Source of the DNA: Octopus vulgaris
Taxonomy: Eukaryota
Direction: 5' to 3'
Length of the DNA stretch: 64,000 nucleotides
Assembly: GCA_951406725.2 (NCBI GenBank)
Contig: OX597835.1
Location: 22,692,001 to 22,756,000 of the forward strand
The position numbers and the translations under genes were made by a program. Of this stretch, positions 38,413 through 51,174 are shown piece by piece. How positions within the stretch are numbered: the first letter of the stretch is position 1; each line of letters begins with the position of its first letter. Under the pieces are notes generated by a model, which ran no database searches, was not told where the DNA came from, and was given only the letters and a program-made list of their open reading frames with translations.

Positions 38413-38458
38413 GACACCTGATGATGGCTGGAGGGTATATCAGCCGAAACGTTGTGTT
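38413..38458 (+). ncRNA. Minimal type-I hammerhead motif (right arm)
   Basis: GACAC-CUGAUGA-U-GGCUG(GAGGGUAUAU)CAGCC-GAAA-CG-UU|GUGUU: intact core, 5-bp stems I and II, palindromic ACGU stem III. Confidence 0.72.
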
Positions 38459-40164
38459 GACAACAAATAAGATGAGGACAAATGTACGTCAAATGTAAAT
38501 AATGTACATAATTCCTCATCTCTTAAATATAGAACTCGTATATTTATATTTGTGTAAAGGTCACGGTTGGAATGCTTCCAATCATAAATTTGTCCAATCG
38601 GAGCTAACTTGAAGCTAAATAACAACTCAAACACATTTAACAAATCCAATGTATGTAGTCTCTTAACAGGCTAGAAATAGCAGTCAAGTCTCCTTCAAAC
38701 CGTCTTAAGTAAAGTATACACACACACACACATACACACACACACATGCATACACACACACACATGCATACACACACACACATGCATACACACACACACA
38801 TGCATACACACACACACATGCATACACACACATACATGCATACACACACACACACACACAACACCTCCATTCATATCACGCCTCCACAATCCTTATCAAA
38901 CCATCGTCGCTGTAGCCGCCGCCACTCAAATAGCAGCAGCAGCAGCCACGGCAGCAGCAGCAGCAGCAACAGCAACAGCGGTAGCAGTAGCAGTAGAGGC
39001 AGCAGTTAACGACATCAGCAGTAACACTTCCTTTCCTTCTACGTCCTTCCCCCCTCCCCTCGGTCATTTCCACTGTACATTCCTCCTCCTCCTCCTCCTC
39101 CTCCGCCTCCCACTCCCGTCCTTACAGCTTCTTCCAGCTCACCTTAACGTCCTTGTTTACTAATACAAGCAAGCAGCTAACACGCGCGCACGCACACACA
39201 CAAGCGTGCACTCATATTAATACATAGTTACATTGATATGTATACGCAGACACGCGCGCGCGTGCGTGCGCGCGTGCATACACGTCCAACGCATTCTCAC
39301 TCACGCATCATATCCATATTTACACACTGACATGTGCAACCATATACACATACATACATACATACATACATACATACATACATACATACATACATACATA
39401 CATACATACATAAATACATACATACATACGTACATACATACATGCATACATACATACACACATACATACACACATACATACATACATACATACATACATG
39501 CATACATACATACATACATACATACATACATACATACATACATACATACATACATAAATACATACACGTGTCTCTCAGACAATCAGATAAACACACACAT
39601 TTAAACATACACACACACACACATCCTCAGATGTTAAACACATATTTATACACGCATATTCACATTTGCGCACATACGTATGAAGACACACACACACACA
39701 CACGTCCGCACGCATTCGCACTAGAATCCGATAGACAGATACACACCCACCCATTCACAGTAACAACACCATCACCGTTACTATAAATAATGGTAAACCA
39801 TACAGTCATAATAACTCTGTTTCTGCTGACATTGATATCTGTTAAGTCTGGCAGTGAACACGTTAAACCTATTGACAGTGACAGCCGAATCTGGCATCGT
39901 GCAGTGTAAAAAAAAATCATAAATAAATCACCTGACTGGTTTTGTTTTTTAATAAAATTCATCAGGGATCGTTCACCTCATTGCTTAAATAGCCAAGTGC
40001 ACAACTACATTGTTTGAATTATACACACGAATGATTGCTGCTTTTGTTATTTGAAAGAAAAAACAAGAACTTTTACGTAATTGTGTTCGGTTGATGACCA
40101 GGAAATTAATAACAAGTAGCATATATACAGACAAGCAAGAAGTAAACAGACACCTTTAATTTTC

Positions 40165-40620
40165 AAAATGGATCTTTTCGGTTTGAACGGCAGCTTTTAA
40201 CATAATTTCCACGTAACTAAAAAATTTTAAACGTCGTATACTGGTAGAATGTGTTTATAAAACATCTTTTTTTCTTGGCTTTATTGAGAAAATTCTATAG
40301 TTTGTAAGATATTTGGTCTTTAATTTCTTGCATTTCGGCAATTTCAACCAATCAATGAGGTGAAAACATTCTGTGCCGTATGAATATGTCCCTCGTTTAA
40401 GAAACAGATTAGGTTTAGGGTTAGGGGTGGGGAAAGGGTATCTTTTTTTTCTTCATAAATGTAAATAAACCCAATCTGTTTCTTAAACGAGGGACATATT
40501 CATACGGCACAGAATGTTTTCACCTCATTGATTGGTTGAAATTGCCGAAATGCAAGAAATTAAAGACCAAATATCTTACAAACTATAGAATTTTCTCAAT
40601 AAAGCCAAGAAAAAAAGATA
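40165..40620. mobile_element. Young foldback/MITE with near-perfect ~150-bp inverted arms
   Basis: 40263-40415 is the near-exact reverse complement of 40468-40619; the spacer contains TTAGGGTTAGGG. Confidence 0.8.
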
Positions 40621-41133
40621 TCAATGTAAGAACTAAACAGACCCGGAGACATGAGTCAGAGTGGAGGAAAGTATCCATCCAACCATTCATTCATTCAGCC
40701 TGTCAGCCATTTATTTTCTCCGTTCGCTATTCCTTTGGAGAGTCGAGGAAAGATAGTCCCCACGCACCTTCTCCATAGGGTCCTGTTCAGGAGCAACCGT
40801 CATTACATTTTCCGGTTGGATTCCCAAGTGTGACCAAATGAAGCTATGTATTTTGATCCAACTACCTCGTTCTTGATCTACCCCTAGGTCACTTACCTGT
40901 TGGTTTGCTTGAAGAATCCGTATTGCGATTCTTTCCTGTGACATTCTATAAATCACACGTCTGTAGTAACGGAGCTGTGAGAGGAGGGAAAATATGGGAG
41001 CTGAAATATCCCTTGGCCTGACGTGGAATCAAGGAAATATTAAGCGACACATTTGACAAGAGAGAGTAGAGATTTATAACGTAGAAAACTAGAGGTTTCT
41101 AGATGCTGCGAGTTACAAGTCGAGTCTGTAGAT

Positions 41134-41333
41134 CAGTGGTTTTCAACCAGGGTTCCGCCAGTACAGTCCAGGGGTTCCGCAAGAAGTTACAAAACTGCTA
41201 AAATCGGCAGTAATTTTTAATTCTCCTATGCAGATATGTGTGCATAAGACTATTAAATTATTGCACAGGGGTTCCTCGAGCCAGTGGAATGTTTCCTTGG
41301 GGTTCCGCTCAGCAAAAAGTTTGAAAAGCACTG
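41134..41333. mobile_element. hAT (Charlie-like) MITE
   Basis: TIRs CAGTGGTTTTCAAC / GTTTGAAAAGCACTG; 8-bp TSD CTGTAGAT/CTGTGGAT. Confidence 0.85.
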
Positions 41334-41339
41334 CTGTGG

Positions 41340-41760
41340 ATGGAGCGAAGTTTCGTTAGACAGAAGGTGAAACGATGATGGAATTGTATGATAAAAACCA
41401 TACAAGACATTGGACAGGCTTACAAAAAGCAAGCGACAATGTCAGAGAAGCTAGTTGTTGATATATTTAGCAAGGAAGGAAATAGACAGAGACGTTTGCT
41501 AGTGTTGCGCGATGTGAAACCAGAAGTATAAAGAATATATCAGTATCAATCAGGATGTTATTGATAAAAAGTGTGTATGAAATGGTAATGGTGTAATCAT
41601 TTTCAGTGACACTGAGAAGGGTGACGTGTAAATGCTACTACGAGAGGTTGTCAAACGAGGTAAATGTTTGGTAAAGAGAAGGGATCTGCCAATAAAGAGA
41701 CCGGATTTGGTTAATATACAGTTTACTAAATAAAAATGTGAAATTACGCTGTCTTAAAAA
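41340..41760 (+). mobile_element. Old RTE fragment
   Basis: Degenerate similarity to 30855-31030 (tgctactacgagaggttg..aacgaggtaaatg..tgg). Confidence 0.45.
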
Positions 41761-42622
41761 TGAAAGTAAATTGCGATAGAAAACGGAAGTGATAACAGAT
41801 ACATCCCATAATTTCATGTAAACACTACATGTGACATTACTAATGTATAGAATAGACAAATATTTGATATAACATGGAAAGCATACATGGGTGCAGGCGA
41901 GGCTGTGTGGTAAGAAACTTGCTTCCCAACTACATGGCACCTTGGGCAAGTTTCTTTGACCATAGTCTCGGACCGACCAAAGCCTTTGTAAGTGGATTTG
42001 GCAGACAGAAAAGCCGCCCGTTGTATGTGTGTGTGTTCTGTGCTTGTCCCCTCGCCATCCCTTGACAACTTATGTTGGTGTGTTTATGTGCCTGTAACTT
42101 AAAGGTTCGGCAAAAGAAAAAACGATAGAATAAGTACTAGGTTTACAAAGAATAAGTCCCAGGATCGATTTCTTTGACTAAAACTCTTTCAGGCGGTGCT
42201 CCAGCATGGCCGCTGTAAAATGGCTGAAACAAGTGAAAGAATTTTATATAATATGAAAACAATCACACCTACGAAAAATTATAACGAGAAATATGATATA
42301 CCAAATGAAGTTCGTGAATAGTTTTTTTTTTACAGTCGTCATACATGCTTCTGAAGATATGATGTAAATAAATCATCCTTCGTCCCATATTACCGCCTGA
42401 TTTACTTTCTTATTGGCGAGCATCCAAACACCTTTCTATTTTGTCTCTATTGCCCTTCTGGTTTCTGTCGTAACCTGAATTTTTTTTTAGAACAATTCAT
42501 TCCCACCTTTATTTTTTTACGGCGGAAAACTGCATGTTAACCCCTGAATTTGATAGTCATTTGGTTGAAATGGTTCATTACAGAAATCACGTCGGAGCAG
42601 TCAGTTGAACTGTTTTCCTGTA

Positions 42623-42843
42623 ACCCTTTCGTTACCAACCCGGCTGAAACCGACTCTGGCTCTGAGTACAAATGTTTTGTTTTCATAAGTTTTGAATTAA
42701 AATCTTCCACCAAACCTTAGTCATAATTTATTTTCCTAACACTAGCTGAAAGATAACTAAGTTATTTTACTAAATTCTTTGTTTTATTTAAAGTAATTGA
42801 AACAAATACAGAGCATCTCAAAATTAATACGGTAACAAAAGGG
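42623..42843. mobile_element. piggyBac-like MITE
   Basis: TIRs ccctttcgttacc / ggtaacaaaaggg with TTAA-like flanks; partial sibling at 36240-36331. Confidence 0.6.
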
Positions 42844-43807
42844 TAGCGGCCGCCAAACGTTTTTGAAACACCGACATGTTTCATGCAAGACAATTTTCCC
42901 CAGGGACCATAATAAAACACAATGAAGCGCGCAATATATAATTTAATTGTTACATATATCATACATACAATATTACATATATAAATACATATATTATTCA
43001 AAAACACTACACAGACTGCGATACTCGTTAAAATAGAAATAAAATTTTTTAAATCTCTTGTTGTACGGCCCGGTACTAAATAATCCACGGTCCATTGGCT
43101 GGGGACCCCTTTTCTAAATAATCTGAGCAGTGTGATGGATAAACAAAAAATAAATTCATGCTTTGAGCTATAACAAAATGAAACACAATGATGACAATTA
43201 GTCTCAGTATTACATTTTTATTTTCTAAATATTCCTATGTTCAGGCGTTGCTGTGCAGTAAGAAATTTGTTTCCCAATCAATTGGAAACGGATTCAGTCC
43301 TACTGTTTTGGAACCTTGGGCAAGTGCCTTCTATTATAGCCTCAGGCCAACCAAAGTCTTGTGAGTGGATTCGATAGATGGAAACTGAAAGAATTTCGTC
43401 GCGCACCCACGTGTGTGTGTGTGTCCCACCACCGCTTGACAATCGGTGTTGGTGTGTTTACGTCACAGTAATTTAGTGGTTCAGCAAAACAGACCTGTAG
43501 AATAAGTGGTCAAACTAAAGCGTTTGACCCGAGCACAAAAAAACAAAAAACAAAAGAAAAATATTGTAATAGGTGTAAAACAACTTGCTCTAAACGAATA
43601 TGAAAAAAAAAAGAAGAAAAATGCGCGCTCACGAAAGGGGGTGGGAGAGGACTCGGAAAATTATTTTCGGTCTTTGAAACCATGGCAAAACCCCTGACAA
43701 AAACTCGTGCTGCATCTCTTTTGTCAGTGAACAAGTCTCGCTTTCAAAGCGACAAAGATATCGACATTGAAATGAGATTCAAATGTTGCAGTGAACCAAC
43801 TGTGTGC

Positions 43808-43851
<44 letters not shown>

Positions 43852-44347
43852 ATGTGTGTGTGTGTGTGTGTGTGTGTTCTTGATAATCGTTCAGAACAAG
43901 TAGTTTTACGCCAATTACATTATTTTTTTTCGGTTTTTCCGGCTAGGGTCAAACACTATAGTTTAAAGGCCATGGTCTGACGATGTGAATTTAAAAATGA
44001 AGTCCTGGCTTTAAAAATAAAGTCCTGGAGTCGGCTCATACGTCTAAAAATTCTTCAAGGCGCTGTCACAGAATGGCCACACTCCAATGAACTGAAACAA
44101 GTAAGAAATAAAAGATATCTTCTTCGGACATAAGCTCTTGTTTCTACCACTGACAGAAAAAAAATGAAGAGAAAAAGAAAAGAAAAACTGGTGTGATGCC
44201 ATCGCTGGTGAATAGATACCTTAACGGAAAATCAACGCTGAAATACAAAATAGGTGAAGTGCATTAGTTAACATAAGAAATTAAAGGAAGAAGTTGAAAT
44301 TATAGAGAGAGTATTTCTGTGATATGTGCGAAATATTTATTTCTCGT

Positions 44348-44875
44348 AAGGCGGCAAGCTGGCAGAATCGTTACCACGAAACGCCGCTGAGCATTTCGTC
44401 CGACTTTGCCTTTCATCCTCTCGGGGTCGATAAATAGAGTACCAGTTTCGCACTGGGTCGATGTAATCGACTTAATCCCTTTGTCTGTCCCTGTTTGTCC
44501 CCTCTATGTTTAGCCCCTTGTGGGTAGTAAAGAAATATATATGTTTTGAGTTCAAATTTCGACAGACCTTGTCTTTCATTTTGGACTCGATAAAATAAGT
44601 ATCAGTCAAGCACTGGGGTCGTATCGACGAACCCTTTCGCCACATATGTACTTATAGTAGAAAGGATTAATACTCCCTCGCGTAAGGCGGAGAGTCGTCA
44701 GAATCGTTAGCACGTCAAAATACTTAACGGCATTTCTTTTATCGCTATACGTTCTGAGGTCGATCTATCTTTCATCTTCTCCGAATCGACAAAATGAATA
44801 CCTGTTGCTGTATTCGATTTGCCATTTCCATCCAGACTTGCTAGTCTTGTGCCGAAATTTGAAAGCATTATTATT
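44348..44875 (+). mobile_element. Family-B SINE cluster
   Basis: taaggcggcaagctggcagaatcg heads and gcctttcatcctctcggggtcgataaa core. Confidence 0.75.
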
Positions 44876-45799
44876 TCTTCGCGTGATATTCCTACAGGTA
44901 TTAGCAGCGTTCACGAATCTCCACTTCTCTCTCCAACCCAAGTTATTCAGCTGCTAAGACTATCGAATATCTTTCTCTTCCAGTCTTCCCTGGTTTCTTC
45001 AATGAAATCTTCAAAGCTTTATTTCCTCTTATGACTGTTATTTTCTGTCCATCTGACGACTTTATTGGCGGTCTCCACGAGGCTCCGGCAGGGTGTGGTG
45101 GAGAACTCTGCCGTACTTTCTCTCACTCTTTCTTCCCGTTTCTGTTGTACCTGTATTTCAAAGGGCCAGCCTTGTCGCACACTGTGTCACGTTGAATCTC
45201 ACCGAATCTGGACCGAATTTCAATCACAACCTAAATACATTTCCTTTTTCATTTAACGTCATTGATAATACAGAAGAGAAAGGAATGAATGCTACACAAT
45301 CCTATATATTCTGCTCATTTAAAATTGATCCGAGGCTGATTGTCGATCTGTACGGGTCAGGACACGTTGTTTAAAAGAAGCTGAAACCATTAGTACGTGT
45401 GACCTGGTGGTTTCCCCATTCCCGTAGCTAGAGTGTGTGCCGCTCGAGGCGGCCCTTCAGTTTTCAGTCCCTGGGCACCCAACAAAAAATACATATTGCT
45501 TATAGCAGACCCAAAAGTGGTGCCACCTCCATAAAAGTACCTCCCGAGGCGGACCACCACCTCTGACTCCACTAGATACAAGACACATCATTTCGCGTTG
45601 CTGTACGATCACTTTGACATCTGACGTGTGTCGCACCGTCCTCTTGTGCGGCCAATAATCGATTTGATGGAGGAAGTGAGCTGAACGCACTGCACAAACA
45701 ATTGATTACTATACAAATCATCTGTGCAGGCTGTTTAACAAGAAATTGTGAAATCCTCAACTCTCGTCCTCCCCTCCCCCTCCCCTCCCCTCCCCAAAT

Positions 45800-45822
45800 C
45801 CCAGTTATATACTGAGGAAGGT

Positions 45823-45855
<33 letters not shown>

Positions 45856-45968
45856 CTATCTATCTATCTATACATACATACATATATATATATATACCAG
45901 TTATATACTGAGGGAAGTTCTTTCTCCCCCTCTCTATCTATCTCTCTATCTATATCTATCTATCTCTC

Positions 45969-46011
<43 letters not shown>

Positions 46012-46082
46012 ATATATATATATATATATATATACCAGTTATATACTGAGGGAGTTACTTTCTCCCCCTATCTATCTATCTA

Positions 46083-46128
<46 letters not shown>
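45800..46128. repeat. Three tandem CCAGTTATATACTGAGG + microsatellite units
   Basis: Unit starts at ~45801, 45897 and 46035. Confidence 0.8.
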
Positions 46129-46132
<4 letters not shown>

Positions 46133-47103
46133 TGTATTTCTTTTATTATTTTGTTTGTTTCAGTCATTTGACTGCAGCCAAGCTGGAGCACTGCCTGAAA
46201 GGGTTTTAGTCAAACGAATCGATCATCCCAGGACTTATTCTTTGCAAGTCTAGTACTGATTCTATCGTTTTCTTTGGCCGACCCACTAAGTTACGGGGAC
46301 GTCGATACACCAACACAAGTTTTCAAGCAATGGTTGGGGTCAAACACAAACAGTAAGACACACACATAAATTATTAAGGTTGCGTTTTCGCAATTTATAA
46401 CCAAAAAGCACAAGTATAGGCGTGTCTAAGGTGTACCAGTATTGCTAGAAATAAGAGCCAGAACAACTTTTTGCCACGAGAAGCACTTATTTAATGCAAT
46501 ACTGGTCCCTGACTAGTCACCTTAGTGCCCACTGTACTTATGTATGTACACACACACACACAACGGGCTTCTTTCAGTTTCCGTCTACCAAATTCACTCA
46601 CAAGGCTTTGGTCGGGCCGAGACTATAGTAGAAGACATTTGCCTGAGATGCCAAGTAGTGGAACCCGGAACCAGGTGGTTGGGAAGCAAGCTTCTTACCA
46701 CACAGCCACACCTGCGCTTCTCTATACTCTTTTACTCTTTTACTTGTTTCAGTCATTTGACTGCGGCCATGCTGGAGCACCGCCTTTAGTCGAGCAAATC
46801 AACCCCGGGAGAATTTGAACTCAGAACGTAGCGACAGGCGAAATACCGCTAAGCATTTCGCCCATCGTGCTTCTAGGAAAGCCGATTAGAAAGCCTTCTA
46901 TGTGGTCACTAGGCTTGCAAGAAATCGAAGCGAAATCTCTCAAATTATACTTTAGCATCTTAAATAAAGAAGGCAACGTTGAACAATGCAACCTTAGATA
47001 CTCTCTCTGTCTCGATATATCATGCCTACTTGAAAATCATGCTGGGATGGTCATGGTTGAAGCACTTTTGATCATAGGTCGGCAATGTTTCGGAATTAGT
47101 ATA

Positions 47104-47195
47104 TGACGTCAGTCATGAGCGCGCGCGTGCGCCGAGTGGATGTTTCACTCTCCAGCTGTCGAGCAGATTATGTTACGCACTCACGCGTGACGTCA
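47104..47195. promoter_or_regulatory. Paired palindromic CRE sites in a CpG-rich patch
   Basis: TGACGTCA at 47104 and 47188, with GCGCGCGCGTGCGC between and TCACGCGTGA overlapping the second site. Confidence 0.45.
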
Positions 47196-48012
47196 TAGAC
47201 TTTTACCGAAAGATTGCTCACAAACTATGCTCTAAACCAGACATAGGCAACCTTTTTGAGCAGCGGGCCGCATGGGACATGGCTCATCACCGGGTGGGCG
47301 GCACTTCTAAAAGAGTTCAAGCTAATTTTTCGTTTGGTATGGATTGCCCTTGAGTTTTCTTGTGCAAAGACAGGTTGGTCACAGCTGGAATGCCTTTCAG
47401 CATGTATATGTTTATATATATATATGCCTTCTTAGATTTAGGCTGACAATAACAGCTGGGGGCGGGGCATTCTTTATGGTGGGGTGGGGGGAGAGATTTA
47501 TGTAAACAATCGGTATTAATAAATATTGATATTCTAAAAAAATAAAATAGAATAAAATAAAATAAATAACAAATAAAGTAGATAAAAAGTAAAAAAAAAA
47601 CTCACCACAGTATTTATGATCCCTCCCCACCCCACCTGTAAATATACAAAAACCAAACAAAAAAATAAATTTCAGTTGAAAATATATTTGGGTTAAAATA
47701 GATATTCAACCTTTTTTCTTTTTTTGCTTTTAGTCACAAAATTGTTAATCTTCATGGATGAAAATATAAGAAACCAAAGAAATTAGAAATTTAAGAAAAG
47801 AAAAAAAAAAAAGAAAAAATGAAAAAAAAAAAGGAGTATGCTTCTTAACCATGTAGTCTTGGGTTCAGTCCCACTGCACAGTACCTTGGGTGAGTGTCCT
47901 CAACTGTAGCCTTAGGCCGATCAAAAAGCTCCGTAAATGGATTTAGCTGACAGTAATAGAAAGAAGCCCGTTGTGCGTATGCATATATATACATATACAT
48001 ATGTGTGTGTGT

Positions 48013-48049
<37 letters not shown>

Positions 48050-48050
<1 letters not shown>

Positions 48051-48380
48051 TGGTGACCCCCTTCGGTCAGACACAGACCATGGGTTTGCACCTAGAGAGT
48101 TACCCTCTGAGGCACAAGTCTGGGCAAGGTTGTATTATGGAAGACCAGCAGTCGCCCATGCATACCGATCTCCCCTCTCCACGTCACCGATGTTGTCCAA
48201 GGGAAAGGCAATGGCCGATACGGCTTGGTACCTGTGACGTCGCAACTCATTTCTACAGACGAGTGAACTGGAGCAACGTGAAATAAAGTGTCTTGCTCAA
48301 GAACACAACACGCAGCCCGGTCCGGGATTCGAGCTCACAACCTCACGATCGTAAGCTCGACGCTCTAACCACTGAGCCAC
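48050..48380 (-). mobile_element. tRNA(Arg)-like SINE (family D), near full length
   Basis: Head gtggctcagtggttagagcgtcgagcttacgatcgtgaggttgtgagctcgaatccc, followed by gttgtgttcttgagcaagacactt. Confidence 0.8.
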
Positions 48381-48552
48381 AGAAGTTGTGTATAGATATT
48401 GTATATTCTTTTCTACTCTAGGCACAAGGCCCGAAATTTTGGGGAAGAGGGCCAGTCGATTAGATCGACTCCAGTACGCAACTGTACTTAATTTATCGAC
48501 CCCGAAAGGATGAAAAGCAAAATCTACGTCGGCGAAATGTACAGATAATGTA

Positions 48553-48796
48553 AATTGAGAAAGAAGGAGGTCGCCAGAATTTTGGAAAAAAACATTTTTT
48601 ATTTATTCATTATTGTTAGCGCTTTCGTTCTTTTTCGAACTTGTCAGATAAAGTCGTAAATGTGCCAACAGGTAGGTCATTTATATAAATCATGTTTTCT
48701 TTGTTTTGTTTACAAGAGAACTTATGTTTTTTTGTTGTTTTTTGGGAGGGTGAAGTTCCAGGACAATGGAGATAGGTAGCTAGATAGGTAGATAAA

Positions 48797-48872
<76 letters not shown>

Positions 48873-48889
48873 AATCAATCTATCCATCC

Positions 48890-48940
<51 letters not shown>

Positions 48941-49019
48941 CATCTATCCATCAATCTATCTATCTATCTATCTACCTACTTACCTACCTACCTACCTACC
49001 TACCTACCTACCTACCTAC

Positions 49020-49093
<74 letters not shown>

Positions 49094-49311
49094 CCATTGT
49101 CCTGGAACCTTACCTCCTCCAAAACAAAACAAAAAAAAACAAAAAAAAACAACAATGTTCTCCTCTTCTAAACGAAACGAAGCAACAGTTGAACAACCTG
49201 TTTGCGCATTCAGAATTTTATTTGACAAGTTCGAAAACGAACAAAAGCGCTATTAATAATGAATAAATGAAAGAATTTTCTCCCAAAATTCTGGCGACCT
49301 CCTTCTTGCTC

Positions 49312-49312
<1 letters not shown>
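48553..49312. mobile_element. Inverted-dimer (foldback) element with HHR-like motifs and a (TATC)n core
   Basis: Arms gaaggaggtcgccagaattttgg...ttccaggacaatggagatag and their reverse complement; HHR-like motifs at 48612-48652 (-) and 49217-49257 (+). Confidence 0.75.
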
Positions 49313-49361
<49 letters not shown>

Positions 49362-49363
<2 letters not shown>

Positions 49364-49728
49364 AATTAGAGAAAAAAATCCACAATTATGCAATTCAAAC
49401 AATGATAGACATAAACAAAATCATAAATAAAAAATAAAATATAATTTTATAAAACATAAACTAGATCACAAAAAGTATAAAAATGAATAATCAATATATA
49501 ATAAGTATAATAAATTGATTATTCATTTTAATACTTTTTGTGATCTAGTTATGTTTTATAAAATTATATTTTATTTTTTATTTATGATTTGGTTTATGTC
49601 TATCATTGTTTGCATTGCATAATTGTGGGTTTTTGCTCTAATTTATATATTATATATTCATATTGTGACATTTGATTTAATACTAAATTAAATTTCCCCC
49701 CGTAAGTCTGGAGTTATACTCCCTAATA
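49362..49728. mobile_element. AT-rich foldback element (family of 11205)
   Basis: About 135-bp palindromic arms around ~49500, plus the shared 3' extension ...cccgtaagtctggagttatactccctaatat. Confidence 0.7.
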
Positions 49729-51030
49729 TAGGGAGTGGCTGTGTGGTAAGTAGCTTGCTAACCAACCACATGGTTCCGGGTTCAGTCCCACTGCGTGGCA
49801 TCTTGGGCAAGTGTCTTCTGCTATGGCCCCGGGCCGACCAATGCCTTGTGAGTGGATTTGGTAGACGGAAACTGAAAGAAGCCTGTCGTATATATGTATG
49901 TATATATATATATATGTGTGTGTGTTTGTGTGTCTGTGTTTGTCCCCCTAGCATTGCTTGACAACCGATGCTGGTGTGTTTACGTTCCCGTCACTTAGCG
50001 GTTCGGCAAAAGAGACCGATAGAATAAGTACTGGGCTTACAAAGAATAAGTCCCGGGTTCGATTTGCTCGACTAAAGGCGGTGCTCCAGCATGGCCGCAG
50101 TCAAATGACTGAAACAAGTAAAAGAGTATATATATAGGGTGGCTTGTTAGCAACTTTTCAACCGAAAGGTAAAAATAGCCCTCAGTCACTTTAATATATG
50201 TGTGTGTGTGTGTGTCACCGGTTAAGATTATTTGTTTTTGTAATCGATGCCTGTTATGGTGCAACGTCAGGATCGCCAGTTTGTAATGGTTGGTTCTTGG
50301 GAAAGCTGCACTTTTCTTGTTCGGGGTCACCAGTTATAAGCAATGAAAGATTTGTTGTTATAACGGCATGTTGTAGAGTGTGAAAGATAAACAGTGCATG
50401 AAGTTTTAAAGAAATATTTATTTACTGTTTCGTTACAATACCTTGCCTCGATGGGCAGGTTATGATAAAAATCGTAAAGCATGCGAAGTAAAGCTTGTGT
50501 TTGTGTTCTCTTCATTGTTTAGTAGTAATTACAGAGAGAGATAGACTGATGTTGTAAGAGAACAGAATTGGAGCTAGTGAGAGTTGTAGGGTTGTGGGAC
50601 GTTGTCTCACAGTTGCTGACAGTAAACTTCATTTCTACCTCTGACCAAGGTTCTTGCTGATCAGCCAGACTTCGTTCTCACTGAGTTGTCGCCGTAGTGA
50701 CTAACTAGTTGAGTCGTCACCAAGTCACTGAACTATCTTTTTGCTTGGGGTTTATGCTTTTATAACTATCCAGAAGGATAGACACATCGTTGAGAACAAT
50801 GGGCTTCGTTGGTGGTACTGTGATATCTCTATTCTAGTTTTTGGTGAAGTAGACGAGATTATAAGGGTCAAGTGGTGAAGACATCATTTCGGCTTAGCTA
50901 AAGGCAATCTAGCAAATGTAAAACTGTTGTCAGAGAAAAATCATTGTTCCACCGTGAGAAAAGTTCTGTTGAACTGTTAATTTAAATTTGGCTATGATGG
51001 ATCGAATCCACTTCATGTTTGCAAGATTCA

Positions 51031-51073
<43 letters not shown>

Positions 51074-51174
51074 TGTATGTATGTATGTATGTATGTATGT
51101 ATGTATGTATGTATGTATGTATGTATGTATGTATGTATGTGTGTATGTATACTTATATATGTGTGTGTGTTTGT

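Larger units (their letters stand above)
37971..38534. mobile_element. Head-to-head inverted dimer of a tRNA-Arg(ACG)-headed SINE carrying a 3' hammerhead
   Basis: Arms 37966-38243 and 38252-38500. Each arm is a tRNA head, then (AAT/AAC)n, then a body with an HHR. Flanked by the 12-bp direct repeat CTCGTATATTTA (37959-37970 and 38535-38546). Confidence 0.8.

Noticed and set aside
38876-39110. Poly-Gln/Ser coding exon from the (CAG)n tract
   Set aside because: No convincing splice sites or recognisable domain; treated as a simple repeat.
39858-39880. miR-34-like seed TGGCAGTG
   Set aside because: The remainder does not match miR-34 and there is no hairpin partner.
40409-40432. Telomere
   Set aside because: Only about two TTAGGG units, inside a foldback element.
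50369-50970. Solo LTR on the minus strand
   Set aside because: A TGT terminus, AATAAA and TATA-like motifs are visible, but no matching second terminus or TSD could be found.
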